Notes under the pieces: generated by a model | What the model was told of the DNA's origin: nothing | The model's input: the letters and a program-made list of their open reading frames with translations, nothing else | Database searches by the model: none | Translations under genes and position numbers: made by a program | From: Elusimicrobiota bacterium | GTDB lineage: Bacteria > Elusimicrobiota > Elusimicrobia > F11 | Assembly: GCA_046153645.1 (NCBI GenBank) | Contig: JBJXGI010000099.1 | Coordinates: 1-64,000 of the forward strand | DNA: 64,000 nucleotides | Reading direction: 5' to 3' | Shown here: positions 10,415-21,217 of the stretch, piece by piece | Position numbering within the stretch: position 1 is the stretch's first letter | Layout: every line of letters starts with the position of its first letter

Positions 10415-11242
10415 ATGCCTACATTAGACTTGTTGAAAAGTAAATATAGTTATAAAAAAAATCTCATGTTGTTGGGTTGTCCCGTGGCGCCTTTAACATT
10501 AGAAGAAACCATTTTGGAGATTCATAAAATCATCCAAACAAGAACACCTCATCAACACTGTGTTGTGAACGCGGGAAAAATGGTTCTCATGCACCGCGAT
10601 CCGCTTTTACGAGATATTGTTAAAAATTGCTGTCTCATTAATGCCGATGGTCAGTCTGTTGTTTGGGCTCTTCAACTAAAAGGTGGAAAAATACCTGAAC
10701 GAGTGACGGGTATTGATATTATGGAACGGTTATTCCGCGAAGCTCATGAGAAGAAATATCGAGTATTTTTTTTGGGCTCTACTCAAGAAATTATTGATTC
10801 TGTTTTAAAAATTGTGACTTTGAAATTTCCGAGCTTGGTTATTGCTGGTTCTCATCATGGTTATTTTAATGATTCAGATAACCCGGCTATCGTTTCTCAA
10901 GTTGCTCAATCTAAGGCAGACATATTATTTGTGGCCATGGGATCTCCGAAAAAAGAATATTGGTTGTTTCAAAACCTAGAAAAGCTAAATGTTCCTTTTT
11001 GTATGGGAGTGGGAGGGAGTTTTGATGTGTTAGCTGGGAAAGCAAAACGAGCTCCTCTCATCTTACAGCGCATGGGAATGGAATGGTTTTATCGATTTAT
11101 TCAAGAACCACGACGCTTATGGCGACGTTACTTATTGGATAATTTAATTTTCTCGTTTTTGGTGTTTTTGGATATTTTTAAAATTAGAATTTTATTGAAA
11201 TCGGAATCTTCTCAAGAACTAAAAGACAAGGAAATAACTTGA
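10415..11242 (+). CDS. WecB/TagA/CpsF (GT26) glycosyltransferase
   Basis: ADGQSVVW, ERVTGID, HHGYF, MGSPKKE, MGVGGSFD, EWFYRFIQEPRR. Confidence 0.9.
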   Translation: MPTLDLLKSKYSYKKNLMLLGCPVAPLTLEETILEIHKIIQTRTPHQHCVVNAGKMVLMHRDPLLRDIVKNCCLINADGQSVVWALQLKGGKIPERVTGIDIMERLFREAHEKKYRVFFLGSTQEIIDSVLKIVTLKFPSLVIAGSHHGYFNDSDNPAIVSQVAQSKADILFVAMGSPKKEYWLFQNLEKLNVPFCMGVGGSFDVLAGKAKRAPLILQRMGMEWFYRFIQEPRRLWRRYLLDNLIFSFLVFLDIFKIRILLKSESSQELKDKEIT

Positions 11243-12357
11243 AAATTCTTTTTGTTGTGCCGTTGCCACCTCCTTGGGCCGGTGTTGAACAAATTAGTCG
11301 AATCATTATTGAATCGCAGTTTCCTCCTCATTGGCAGACCTTTGTTTTAAAAAGCAATATTCGTGATTCTAATGCCAAAAAAGGGCAATGGGATTTGAAG
11401 GGAATCCTTAAAGTTCTCTCTCTTGGGTTTCGGCTGTTTTATTTGTGTTTGTTTAAAAAAATTAATGTGGTTTATGTGACCTTGTCTCAAAACTCTTCAG
11501 GATTAATGAGAGATCTTTTTTATGTCACTATTATTAAGTTTCTTCATATAAAAGTAGTGGCACATCTTCATGGCTCACGATTAAACCATTATCTTGATAC
11601 CCTCCCCTGTTTGTTTAGGCAAGTCGTTATTTTCCTTATAGGTAAAATTAATCTGATTATTGTTTGTTCTGATGGTATTAAGGCTGATATTCACCGGTTT
11701 TACTCTGGAATGGTTGAGCGCGTTTATAATGGATATCCACTCATTGGTTCTAGAGAGGTTTTTCATAAATCTGCTCATGATGTCCATGTTTCATTTATGG
11801 GACATCTTTCAGTTGCGAAAGGGTTTTACGATTTGGTTCATGTTTCAGAACTTTTATTGAAAAGGTACCCAAATGTTCATTTTCATTTTGCTGGAGAGCG
11901 GTTGGATGATGAAAAGAATATTGATGTAGAAAATAAAGCTAAATCAGATTGGTCGTTGGTTGATAAACTTTTACGAGAATATTCTGATCGATTTGTTTTA
12001 CATGGCATTATTTCGGGTAAAGAAAAAGAAAAGTTTTTCTCGAATTCTGATATTTTTGTTCTTCCTTCTTATTCTGAAGCATTTCCCGTTGCTGTATTAG
12101 AAGGACTTAGTTATGGTCTTCCTCTTGTTGTCACAAGAGTGGGGGCTTTGCCAGAGGTTTTAATTGAAGGGAAAAATGCTCTTTTTATTGATTTTGATAA
12201 TTCATCCCATTTAACATCTGCCATAGAGTTGCTTATCCAAAATGCTGATTAAAGAAAGACTTTATCTCAAAATAACATTAAATTGGCTGAAGGGTTTTCT
12301 GCCTCTGTATTCCAAAAAGAAATCATCTCCAAAATATCCGAAATTTATCCCCAATAA
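11239..12357 (+). pseudogene. GT4 glycosyltransferase with an in-frame premature TAA at 12250-12252
   Basis: LPSYSEAFPVAVLEG motif. After the TAA the same frame continues RKTLSQNNIKLAEGFSASVFQKEI... to TAA 12355-12357, resembling the GT4 C-terminal helices. Confidence 0.65.
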
Positions 12358-12396
12358 TGATTGGTTTTAAGTTGATTAATTCTTAATATAGCCCCC

Positions 12397-13386
12397 ATGA
12401 ATCTTAAAAAAGAAATAAATAATGTTCTGTCCATTCAAGGCAATAGTATTTTAGCGGCTAGACGTTTTATTGATGGATCTTTTTACAATGCGATTGAATT
12501 AATGTACATGTGCAAAGGGAAAATTGTTGTTACTGGTATTGGAAAATCAGGGTTAATTTCCCAGAAAATAGCGGCCACTTTGTCTTCTACGGGAACTCCC
12601 GCTATTTACCTTCACCCGTCTGAGGGCATGCATGGTAATTTAGGCATGTTAAGTAAAAATGATGTTGTTTTTGCCATTGGAAAATCAGGAGAAAGTGAAG
12701 AACTAAACGCAATATTACCATCAATCAAAAAAATTGGAGTAAAAATTATCTCTCTTACCTCTACTCGTTTTTCTACTTTATCTAAGAAATCTGATGTTGC
12801 GCTTTGCATTCCCATAGAAAAAGAAGCATGTCCTTTAAATTTAGCTCCCACGACAAGTTCAACGATAGCCCTTGTTGTCGGGGATGCCATCGCCATTGTT
12901 CTTATGAAAAAACGGGGTTTTAATGAAAAGGATTTTGCTCTTTTCCATCCGGGAGGTCTTTTAGGGAAAAGACTTCTGTTGAAAGTTTCTGACGTCATGA
13001 GAAAAGGTCATCAAAACCCAGTAGTTAAAATCAATTCAACAATGGATCGACTTCTTATTGAAATTTCAAAGAAATGGACGGGAGCCGCTTCTGTTGTTGA
13101 TAAAGCAGGGAAAATGGTTGGGCTCGTAACTGATTATGATATACGCACAGCATTTGCCGCGGGGAAATCTATTTTTAGTTTAAAAATTATAGATGTCATG
13201 AATCAGAATCCGATAACGATTTATTCTGATGAGCTCGCTGTGAACGCTTTGAAAATAATGGAATCTCGAAAAAAACCTCTTACCATAATTCCTGTTATAG
13301 ACAGGAAAAAGAAGTCTGTGGGAATGATTCATTTGCATGATCTTGTGAGTAAAGGATTGGTTTCTCCACAGGCAAAGTTATCTTGA
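12397..13386 (+). CDS. kdsD: Arabinose-5-phosphate isomerase (KpsF/GutQ, SIS plus 2 CBS)
   Basis: TGIGKSG, STGTPA, EACPLNLAPTTS, FHPGGLLG, CBS pair. Confidence 0.9.
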   Translation: MNLKKEINNVLSIQGNSILAARRFIDGSFYNAIELMYMCKGKIVVTGIGKSGLISQKIAATLSSTGTPAIYLHPSEGMHGNLGMLSKNDVVFAIGKSGESEELNAILPSIKKIGVKIISLTSTRFSTLSKKSDVALCIPIEKEACPLNLAPTTSSTIALVVGDAIAIVLMKKRGFNEKDFALFHPGGLLGKRLLLKVSDVMRKGHQNPVVKINSTMDRLLIEISKKWTGAASVVDKAGKMVGLVTDYDIRTAFAAGKSIFSLKIIDVMNQNPITIYSDELAVNALKIMESRKKPLTIIPVIDRKKKSVGMIHLHDLVSKGLVSPQAKLS

Positions 13387-14432
13387 AAACGAAATCTGTC
13401 ATTGGTTTTTCCATGGGTGATCCGCATGGAGTTGGACCCGAAGTTCTTTTGAAAGCACTTTCTTATAATAGTTTAAGGTCACGTCTGATTCCACTTATTG
13501 TCGGTGATTTTTCTTATTTGAGATTCGTGGAAAAAAAAGTTTTACCCCGTAAATTTAGAAATTCTTTTCGTCTTTTTTCTCTAAGCCAATCGGAAGTTAT
13601 TGATTTTAAAAGGTTAGACCCTAACCCTAAAAATATTTGGGTTTATGATCTTAAAAATATTCGCTTGAGGAACATTCGATTCGGAAAAGTAAATGCAGAT
13701 GCTGGTTTTGTTAGTGGGGTTTATATTAAAGAAGCGGTTAGCTTAGCCTTAAAAAATAAGATCAAAGCGCTTGTGACGGCGCCTATCAATAAGGAGTCTT
13801 TTCTCGCGGGAGGATGGGGAGAGAAATTTATTGGTCATACGGAGATGTTGGCGAATCTATGCGGGGTTCAAGATTTTGCACTTATGTTAATGACAGGACA
13901 ATTGAAAGCAGTTCATGTTACTTCTCACATTCCATTAAAGAATATCTCACGCCAAATTAAAGCTGAAAAAATTATTTCAAAAATTAAATTGATAAATAAC
14001 TTCTTTTCTAAAAGGTCGAATAAGAAAGTAAAAATTGCGGTTTCCGGATTAAACCCTCACGCCGGGGACGGTGGAATTTTAGGTGGTGAAGAAATAAAAG
14101 AGATTATACCCGCTATTTCTTTTTGTCAGAGAAATGGGATTGATGTAGAGGGGCCTTTTTCCCCTGATGTGATCTGGCCATTGGTTTTAAATCAAAAGTT
14201 TGATGTTGGTTTGGCCATGTACCATGATCAAGGTCAAATTGCAGTGAAACTGTTGGGCGCAATAAATAATAATTCAAAGGGACCTGCGGGGGTCAATTTA
14301 ACTTTGGGTTTACCATTTATAAGAACTTCACCGGCACATGGAACAGCTTTTAATATTGCCGGAAAAGGAATTGCCTCAGAATTAAGTATGAAGGAAGCAA
14401 TTGAGGCCGCAGTTTTTTATGAAAAAAAATAA
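13383..14432 (+). CDS. pdxA: PdxA-family dehydrogenase
   Basis: MGDPHGVGPE, VTAPINKE, GHTE, GLNPHAG, MYHDQG, RTSPAHGTA. Confidence 0.85.
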   Translation: MKTKSVIGFSMGDPHGVGPEVLLKALSYNSLRSRLIPLIVGDFSYLRFVEKKVLPRKFRNSFRLFSLSQSEVIDFKRLDPNPKNIWVYDLKNIRLRNIRFGKVNADAGFVSGVYIKEAVSLALKNKIKALVTAPINKESFLAGGWGEKFIGHTEMLANLCGVQDFALMLMTGQLKAVHVTSHIPLKNISRQIKAEKIISKIKLINNFFSKRSNKKVKIAVSGLNPHAGDGGILGGEEIKEIIPAISFCQRNGIDVEGPFSPDVIWPLVLNQKFDVGLAMYHDQGQIAVKLLGAINNNSKGPAGVNLTLGLPFIRTSPAHGTAFNIAGKGIASELSMKEAIEAAVFYEKK

Positions 14433-15723
14433 AATAATAAGTTTTTTCTCTCCTTTTTTTAATAACCCTAAGTTTGATGTTTTTTGTTTTTGGTCATTGG
14501 TTGGAATATGTTCTTTTATTTCAATTGTTCCAGTTTCATTTCTCAATGTTCCTAAAATATTTGTTTATAATTCGATTGTTGATTTACATGAAATTATTAT
14601 TGTTTTCTTCGGGATTATGTTTGCGATTTTTTGTATTAAGGATTTTCTTCGGAATGCTATTCCTCAATGGGTTTTATTTTCTGGCTTTTTTTTAATGAGT
14701 TTAATTGTTTCATCATTTGTTCCTGAGACAGGATTAAAAGAAGGATTAAAATCTTCAATGGGATTATTTTTTAGAGGATTTTTAATTTCATATGCAGTAT
14801 TTAGTTTGTGTCGGGTTCGGAAAACGCTTGATCAGACTATTCATTTTATAAGAGTCATTGGTGTTATTGTCTCTGTGGGGGCACTATATGAATATTTTTC
14901 AGGTGATTTTTTTATTTTTGAAAGAATTGTTCTTGAGTATTCCTCTAGCAAAGAGGTATGGACTCCGCTAGATAATGTCGCGTCTGGTTCAATAGGTTTT
15001 CCTATCGCTTTGAGTGTTTTTCTGATTGTTATTATTCCCTTTTATTTTGAAGGAATGTTTAAAAATAAGGTTTTAAGTTGGAGTGCCTTTTTTATTGTTT
15101 CAATTGCTATATTTTTAACTTTTAAAAGAAGTGGGTATGCTCTTTGGATCGTTAACTTTATGTTTTTTTTGCATCAAAAGGATATCTTGAAAGTGCATAA
15201 AAAAATTCTAATCTTTTTAACCGGAGTGGTGCTATTGGGTTCATTTTATTTTATTAGCCATAAAGACGGGCAATTTGCCAGGTTTTCTCCTTCCTATATT
15301 CTGCAGGAAATTAATTCTGGTCATCGGGCAAAAGCAATTTTTACTGGTTGGAGAATGTTTAAAAAAAGTTCTTTTTTGGGTATTGGTACCCGACAATATT
15401 CACATGAATGGAGAGAGTTTAGCCAAAAAGATGACAATATTAATACTCCCGATAATCAGTATTTAAGAGTTTTCTCGGAGAATGGAATGTTAGGAATTAT
15501 TTCTGTTATTTTAATGCTCGGTTATCTTGTGAAAAAAACATGCCCTCTAAAAAATGATCCAATATCTAATATTTTATTTATTTCTATTTTAAATTTTTTA
15601 ATTTCCCTTTTTATTATTGATGGTTTTTATTGGCCCGCATGTTTTATGATTTTTATGGTTGTTTGCGGGGTGAGTTTGGCTTATTCGGAAATGAAGAAAA
15701 AAGAGGAACCTGCACTTGTTTAG
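14419..15723 (+). CDS. O-antigen ligase family membrane protein
   Basis: Multi-TM, LTFKRSG, LGIG, PDNQYLRVFSENG. Confidence 0.75.
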   Translation: MKKNKIISFFSPFFNNPKFDVFCFWSLVGICSFISIVPVSFLNVPKIFVYNSIVDLHEIIIVFFGIMFAIFCIKDFLRNAIPQWVLFSGFFLMSLIVSSFVPETGLKEGLKSSMGLFFRGFLISYAVFSLCRVRKTLDQTIHFIRVIGVIVSVGALYEYFSGDFFIFERIVLEYSSSKEVWTPLDNVASGSIGFPIALSVFLIVIIPFYFEGMFKNKVLSWSAFFIVSIAIFLTFKRSGYALWIVNFMFFLHQKDILKVHKKILIFLTGVVLLGSFYFISHKDGQFARFSPSYILQEINSGHRAKAIFTGWRMFKKSSFLGIGTRQYSHEWREFSQKDDNINTPDNQYLRVFSENGMLGIISVILMLGYLVKKTCPLKNDPISNILFISILNFLISLFIIDGFYWPACFMIFMVVCGVSLAYSEMKKKEEPALV

Positions 15724-16627
15724 TTATTTATTACACATGTACTTTAAATCAAAAATAAAATTCATTCGTTTGAGAAGAATGCTGGCTATTCCTAGAGGAA
15801 AAAAAGTTATTGATATAGGCGGAGGAGATGGCCCGTTCCCAAGGGCGGACATTTTATGTGAAAAGTTTTTTTCTGATGATTCAGAAAGAACCAGCCCTAT
15901 TTTACGGGATCGTCCTTTGGTTTTAGGAGATATTGAGTGCCTTCCTTTTGCTGATAAATCATTTGATTTTGTTTATTGCGCTCATGTTTTAGAACATACC
16001 AATGATCCAGCTAAAGCTATTGCGGAAATTATGAGAATTTCAAATGAGGGCTATATCGAAGTGCCATCTGAATATCTTGAATTAACTGCGACCAGCACCC
16101 CTTCTCATTTATGGGTTATAAGACTTGAAGCTGGAAAATTAGTTTTTAGGCCTAAGTTAAAAGCTTCGATCAATGAACATGTTGATAAAATATTTCACGG
16201 AGTGCTTTGGAAAAAAGATCATACTTATATGGCTTTTCATTGGAAAAATTATTACCCACTTTTTAATATTCCTTTTAATTGGAAAAGTGAAATTCCATTT
16301 GAAGTCCATTACCCCGAAATAGCGAGAATCAATAATGATTTTTCTAAGGGCAGTGTTGGCAATATAGATGAATTGAAAATTCGGTTATGTTCTAATAAGT
16401 CAGACGTTCGTTTACGAAAAGGACTTCGCGGAAAAATAAAGAGTTTTATTCAAAAAAAATTAACCGATACATCGCCTCTTTGGTTTTTTGATGTTTTGGC
16501 ATGTCCTACTTGCAAAGAGGCTTTACATCGGATTCCTGATTTCCTTTCTTGCCAAAAATGTTCTATTCGGTTTCCTCTTGTTAACAATACGCCTGTTTTG
16601 CTGGCGGAATTTTCTACTCCTGTCTAA
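15716..16627 (+). CDS. Class I SAM methyltransferase with a C-terminal Trm112-like zinc-ribbon domain
   Basis: IDIGGG, LPFADKSFD, HVLEH. C-terminal LACPTCK...CQKC...FPLVNNTPVLL. Confidence 0.75.
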   Translation: MFSYLLHMYFKSKIKFIRLRRMLAIPRGKKVIDIGGGDGPFPRADILCEKFFSDDSERTSPILRDRPLVLGDIECLPFADKSFDFVYCAHVLEHTNDPAKAIAEIMRISNEGYIEVPSEYLELTATSTPSHLWVIRLEAGKLVFRPKLKASINEHVDKIFHGVLWKKDHTYMAFHWKNYYPLFNIPFNWKSEIPFEVHYPEIARINNDFSKGSVGNIDELKIRLCSNKSDVRLRKGLRGKIKSFIQKKLTDTSPLWFFDVLACPTCKEALHRIPDFLSCQKCSIRFPLVNNTPVLLAEFSTPV

Positions 16628-16630
16628 ATT

Positions 16631-18052
16631 GTGCTGCATAAAAGATTTACATCAAATTTAAAGTTTAAGTTGGTTGGTGAATTCTTTTCTCGATTGGCTT
16701 CATTTCTTTTTTATTCCATTTGCGCGAGGTTATTGGGAGTGGAAAATTTTGGTGTCTTTTCGCTCGCTTATTCATATGGTTTTGTGTTCATTGTTTTAAT
16801 TGATCTTGGCGCGAATTATATCGTAACCAGAGAAATAGCTAGAGATAAAGATTTCTTGATACATACCGTACCTTCCCTTCATATTCTTAAATGGATTTTA
16901 TTTCCTTTAATGGTGTTATTTGTTTTTCTTGCCACTTATTTTACTGGAAATACTCCGCAAGTGGTGAAGCTGGCAGTTATGTTATCGCTTTTGGCAATGG
17001 GGATTGCGTTATCTGAGTTTTTAGCTTCTATTTTAAATGGAATTGAAATGATGGGGCTTGAGGCTGTTTTAAAAATCATTTGGCGAATGGGTATACTGGG
17101 ATGTTCAATTTTAGGTTACTTTTGGGTTAAATCAATTGAAGCTTTTGTTTGGGGTATGGTTATTGCCCATTGGATTGGCGTGTTGATTGGATATTACTTG
17201 ATTCAAAAGCGCTATAACATTTTTAAATGGGAATGGAAATTTGAACGAATAAAAGACCTTTTGAAGATTAGTTATCCTGTTTTGCTGGCATGGTTTATTA
17301 TCACAATTTACGATAATCAGGACATGTTTATCCTTTCAAAAATGGGATTTTCAAAAGGTAGCATTGGATATTTTTCAGCCAGCGCAAAATTAATTGATGC
17401 CTTAAGACCACTGCCTGTTTTGGTGGTTGGTGCTTTATACCCCATATTATCCCAATATTCTTTTTCTGATAAAAAAACTTTTAATAAGCTAACGATTGTT
17501 TTTTTTAGAAACTTGGCCTTTGTTTTAATTCCTTTAGCTTTTTTTCTTTCTTCTTTAGCCCCTTTGATTATTAAGGTTTTATATGGAGATGTTTTTCTTC
17601 CCGCTATTCCTATTTTCTCCATTTCTATATGGGGGTTTGTTTTTATCTTTTTAAATCATTTTTTATTTTTACTTTTATTAAGTTTAAATGGGCAATTTCA
17701 ATTTCTAAAATCAGCTCTTTTTGTTTGTATTGTTAATGGTATTCTCGCTATATTTCTTTTTCCTCGATTTGGCATTCTTGGGGGGGGGTGGGCGTTGTTT
17801 ATTGGAGAGTTTTTACTCTGCGGATTTAATGCTTGGCAGATAACCAGACTCATGGGGGAAGGTGTGAAATTTTTCGAACACTTTCTTTTTCCAGTTATAG
17901 TGTTATTTGTCAGTTTTATTTGTTTTTATTTTATTCAATCTTCTTCGTACCCCTATTTTTATTTGTTTTTGGGGATGTTGGTTTATCTTTACTTGATGGT
18001 CAAAAAGAAATGGTTAGATTTGGCTTATTTTAAGCGTATGGTGGGCCGATGA
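16631..18052 (+). CDS. wzx: Wzx-type polysaccharide flippase
   Basis: ARLLGVENFG, IDLG, many TM helices, IGYFSA. Confidence 0.85.
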   Translation: MLHKRFTSNLKFKLVGEFFSRLASFLFYSICARLLGVENFGVFSLAYSYGFVFIVLIDLGANYIVTREIARDKDFLIHTVPSLHILKWILFPLMVLFVFLATYFTGNTPQVVKLAVMLSLLAMGIALSEFLASILNGIEMMGLEAVLKIIWRMGILGCSILGYFWVKSIEAFVWGMVIAHWIGVLIGYYLIQKRYNIFKWEWKFERIKDLLKISYPVLLAWFIITIYDNQDMFILSKMGFSKGSIGYFSASAKLIDALRPLPVLVVGALYPILSQYSFSDKKTFNKLTIVFFRNLAFVLIPLAFFLSSLAPLIIKVLYGDVFLPAIPIFSISIWGFVFIFLNHFLFLLLLSLNGQFQFLKSALFVCIVNGILAIFLFPRFGILGGGWALFIGEFLLCGFNAWQITRLMGEGVKFFEHFLFPVIVLFVSFICFYFIQSSSYPYFYLFLGMLVYLYLMVKKKWLDLAYFKRMVGR

Positions 18053-18990
18053 AATTTAATCAAGGTATTTCAATCATCATCATTAGTTTTAATACGAAAG
18101 ATATTATTTCTAATTGTATTGAGTCTATTTTAAACGATTTCGACCCCAGTATGGATGAAATTATAGTTGTTGATAATGCTTCAAAAGATGGTTCAGCCGA
18201 ATTTATTGCGCGTCAATTTCCTCAAGTTAATTTGTTTAAAAGTGAATATAACCGTGGTTTTTCTTTTGCTTGTAATAGAGGGTATGAAACCGCAAAAGAT
18301 CGTTCTTTTCTTCTTTTTATGAATGGCGATGTCGTCATAGAAAAGGGGTGTCTCAATCGTTTACGAGAAAAAATGATAGCTGATGATTCAATTGGAATTT
18401 TAAGCCCAGAGCTTTTATCGCCGGGAACCCATGAGCTCATTCAAATGTCTTGGGGCTGGGACATCACTTTTTTAGGTGAAATGCTTCAAAAAACTTTTGC
18501 TCCAAAAAATATTAGTCAGTTTCGAGTTATTCGAAGTCTCGCTAGCAGACTACAAAAAAAATCAAAAAGAGTTCCTATTATTGCTGGGGCTTGCATGATT
18601 ATAAGGCGAAATGTTTTTGAAATAATTGGAATGATGGACGAAGGGTTTGAGTTGTATTTTGAAGACGCAGATATCTGTTTGAGGTGCAGAAAAGAAGGTT
18701 TTTTTGTCCAATTTGAACCAGAAATAAAAGTTTTTCATGGACTGGGACAATCAGGGAAAGATATATCTAATAAAATTGAGTTAATTTACCGGCAAAGTCA
18801 AATTCATTTTTATCGCAAACACAACAATTGGTTGGAATTGAAACTGTTAAAGGCATATTTATGGGGGAAATTTTTTACAAAACCAAATTTCTGGAGAGAT
18901 CACGCTTTTAGATATTGGATGATTAAAATTTTAACTGAAAGTTCTCATTTGAACTTAGAAGAAGATATTGGATTTAAGGGGTTAACCTAG
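18049..18990 (+). CDS. GT2 glycosyltransferase (rhamnosyltransferase-like)
   Basis: VVDNASKD, NRGFSFACN, GACM, YFEDAD. Confidence 0.9.
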   Translation: MKFNQGISIIIISFNTKDIISNCIESILNDFDPSMDEIIVVDNASKDGSAEFIARQFPQVNLFKSEYNRGFSFACNRGYETAKDRSFLLFMNGDVVIEKGCLNRLREKMIADDSIGILSPELLSPGTHELIQMSWGWDITFLGEMLQKTFAPKNISQFRVIRSLASRLQKKSKRVPIIAGACMIIRRNVFEIIGMMDEGFELYFEDADICLRCRKEGFFVQFEPEIKVFHGLGQSGKDISNKIELIYRQSQIHFYRKHNNWLELKLLKAYLWGKFFTKPNFWRDHAFRYWMIKILTESSHLNLEEDIGFKGLT

Positions 18991-20085
18991 TTGCAGAGTA
19001 AAAAATTTTTCCCTATTGGATTTGATGTGAGAATGGCCACCTATTCTGGGATCGGGACCACTATTGATGGTTTTTTATCAAATTTATCAGATGAACGATT
19101 GGAACGAATGTGTTTAATTCGTTCGAGAAACTGGACGGGCTCGTATCATGTTGAGTCGCTTGAATCTAAATATCCTGTTTATTCGATTACGCAACATTTT
19201 TATCTTGGAAAATGGCTCAATTCATTAAATTTGGGTCTTTATCATATGCCACATTTTGATGTTCCCTTGGGGTATAGAGGTAAGCTGGTAATCACAATAC
19301 ACGATTTGATTCATTTATTATTTCCACAATATTCTTCCTATCCGCTTGCCAATCTATACGCGAAAGTTGTTATGCGAAATGCGGTTGAGAGAGCCGATCA
19401 GATTATTGTTGTATCAAATAATACGAAGCATGATCTCTGCTATTTTTTCCCGGAGGTAGCTCATAAAATCGCTGTCGTTTATCCCGCTGTTGCGCCAGAT
19501 TTTTTCCCATTAGATAAGCAGGATGGTCATGACGTGTTAGAACGTTTGAAAATTCCTCGAGAATTTTTCCTTTATGTTGGTAATTTGCGAAAAAGTAAAA
19601 ATACGCCATTTCTCATAAACACCTATTTAAATCTAAAAAAGAAAATAAGAGATTTACCGCCGCTTGTTTTGGTTGGTAAAAACTTTTTGAAAGAATATGA
19701 GCTTGGAATGCCTGATGGCATTATTTATTTGGGGCAATTAACAAAAGATGAACTAATTGCCCTCTATTCAACTTGTATGGGGTTTATTTTTCCATCTTTA
19801 TATGAGGGGTTTGGGTTGCCCCCTTTAGAGGCCATGGCATGCGGTGCTCCGGTCATTACATCCAACGTCTCTTCTATTCCTGAAGTATGTCAGGACGCCG
19901 CCATCTACATTGATCCCAAGTCACCAGAAAGTTTAGAAAAAGCCATTCAATCTTTCCTTGATTCAGAAGAGCTTCGAAAAAACCTTAGATCTAAAGGCTT
20001 TTTGAACGTCAAGAGATTCTCATGGCAAACATTTACAGATAAAACATGGAATATTTATAAAGATGTGTTGGGGGAGAAGCTTTGA
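18991..20085 (+). CDS. GT4 glycosyltransferase (mannosyltransferase-like)
   Basis: [26 protein letters not shown]. Confidence 0.9.
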   Translation: MQSKKFFPIGFDVRMATYSGIGTTIDGFLSNLSDERLERMCLIRSRNWTGSYHVESLESKYPVYSITQHFYLGKWLNSLNLGLYHMPHFDVPLGYRGKLVITIHDLIHLLFPQYSSYPLANLYAKVVMRNAVERADQIIVVSNNTKHDLCYFFPEVAHKIAVVYPAVAPDFFPLDKQDGHDVLERLKIPREFFLYVGNLRKSKNTPFLINTYLNLKKKIRDLPPLVLVGKNFLKEYELGMPDGIIYLGQLTKDELIALYSTCMGFIFPSLYEGFGLPPLEAMACGAPVITSNVSSIPEVCQDAAIYIDPKSPESLEKAIQSFLDSEELRKNLRSKGFLNVKRFSWQTFTDKTWNIYKDVLGEKL

Positions 20086-21203
20086 AACGAACCCTTGATT
20101 TTCTTATCGGATCCCCACTCATTTTTCTTTTTTCTTTTTTTAAAAAATCTCCGATTAAAAAAAATAATTTTAAAAAAATTCTTATTATCAAATTGGCTGC
20201 GGTAGGAGACGCTATTTTATTGGCTCCCGCAATCAAGACCTTAAAAGAAAAATTCCCCGAAGCTGAAATTGATTGGCTTATTTCTCCATCGAATTCTCAA
20301 ATTGTCAAAGCCATAACACCAGTCCATCATGTAATAGTGGTAAAAGTGAATCATTTGCTTAATATTTTAAAAACTATTTTTGATTTAAGATCAAAAGGTT
20401 ATGATTTGGTCATCGATTTTGAGCAATGGTCAAGAGGCTCAGTTCTCATGGCCTATTTTTCTGGCATCCCTGAGAGAATTGGTTTTAATACGCAGGGACA
20501 ACATCGATCCGGTTTGTTTACAGATTCAATTCCTAAAAGGTTTGATCAACATGAAATTGAAAACTTTATGGACTTGGTACGGATTAAAGCCCCTCATGCT
20601 TTAACACCATCGTTGGAATTACACGAAGATTTATTTTCTAAAAATTTATTAGAAGAAGTCGTTCTAGATTTAAAGTCAAATAAAAAAAATAAGCTCAATA
20701 TACTCATACACCCGGGATGTGGTTTTGATGGCACTCCCAGAGAATGGCCGCTTGAAAACTACGCGGTTTTTATCAATTGGGTACATAAAAATAAATCAGC
20801 ACAGTTTTTTCTTACTTCAGGGCCTGAAGAAATCATAAAAGTAAAAAAGTTGATGAAATTGATCCAGTATAAAGCGGTTGATTTGGGCGGGAAATTGGGA
20901 TGGCTTCAAATGCTAAGTTTGGTTAAAAAAATGGATTTGGTTATTTCTGGTAATACTGGTGTGATGCATTTGGCTGCTGCTTTGCAGATTCCTCAAATTG
21001 CCTTACATGGACCAACCAATCCTGTCATTTGGGGACCAAAAAATTCGCGTTCTAAAACTTTGGTATCTTCTTGTCCGGCTTGTCCTTGTCTTAAACTTGG
21101 TTTTGAGTATCATGCGCTTGATCAGTCTTGTATGAAACAACTCAGTATTGAGGATGTTAAAGCTTCATTTGCTGAGCTTATCGACAATAACGTATCGATT
21201 TGA
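20082..21203 (+). CDS. GT9 (LPS heptosyltransferase family) protein
   Basis: AVGDAIL, IHPG, GNTGVMHLAAA, HGPT...WGP, C-terminal CPC. Confidence 0.85.
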   Translation: MKRTLDFLIGSPLIFLFSFFKKSPIKKNNFKKILIIKLAAVGDAILLAPAIKTLKEKFPEAEIDWLISPSNSQIVKAITPVHHVIVVKVNHLLNILKTIFDLRSKGYDLVIDFEQWSRGSVLMAYFSGIPERIGFNTQGQHRSGLFTDSIPKRFDQHEIENFMDLVRIKAPHALTPSLELHEDLFSKNLLEEVVLDLKSNKKNKLNILIHPGCGFDGTPREWPLENYAVFINWVHKNKSAQFFLTSGPEEIIKVKKLMKLIQYKAVDLGGKLGWLQMLSLVKKMDLVISGNTGVMHLAAALQIPQIALHGPTNPVIWGPKNSRSKTLVSSCPACPCLKLGFEYHALDQSCMKQLSIEDVKASFAELIDNNVSI

Positions 21204-21217
21204 TATGAAGAGGGTCT

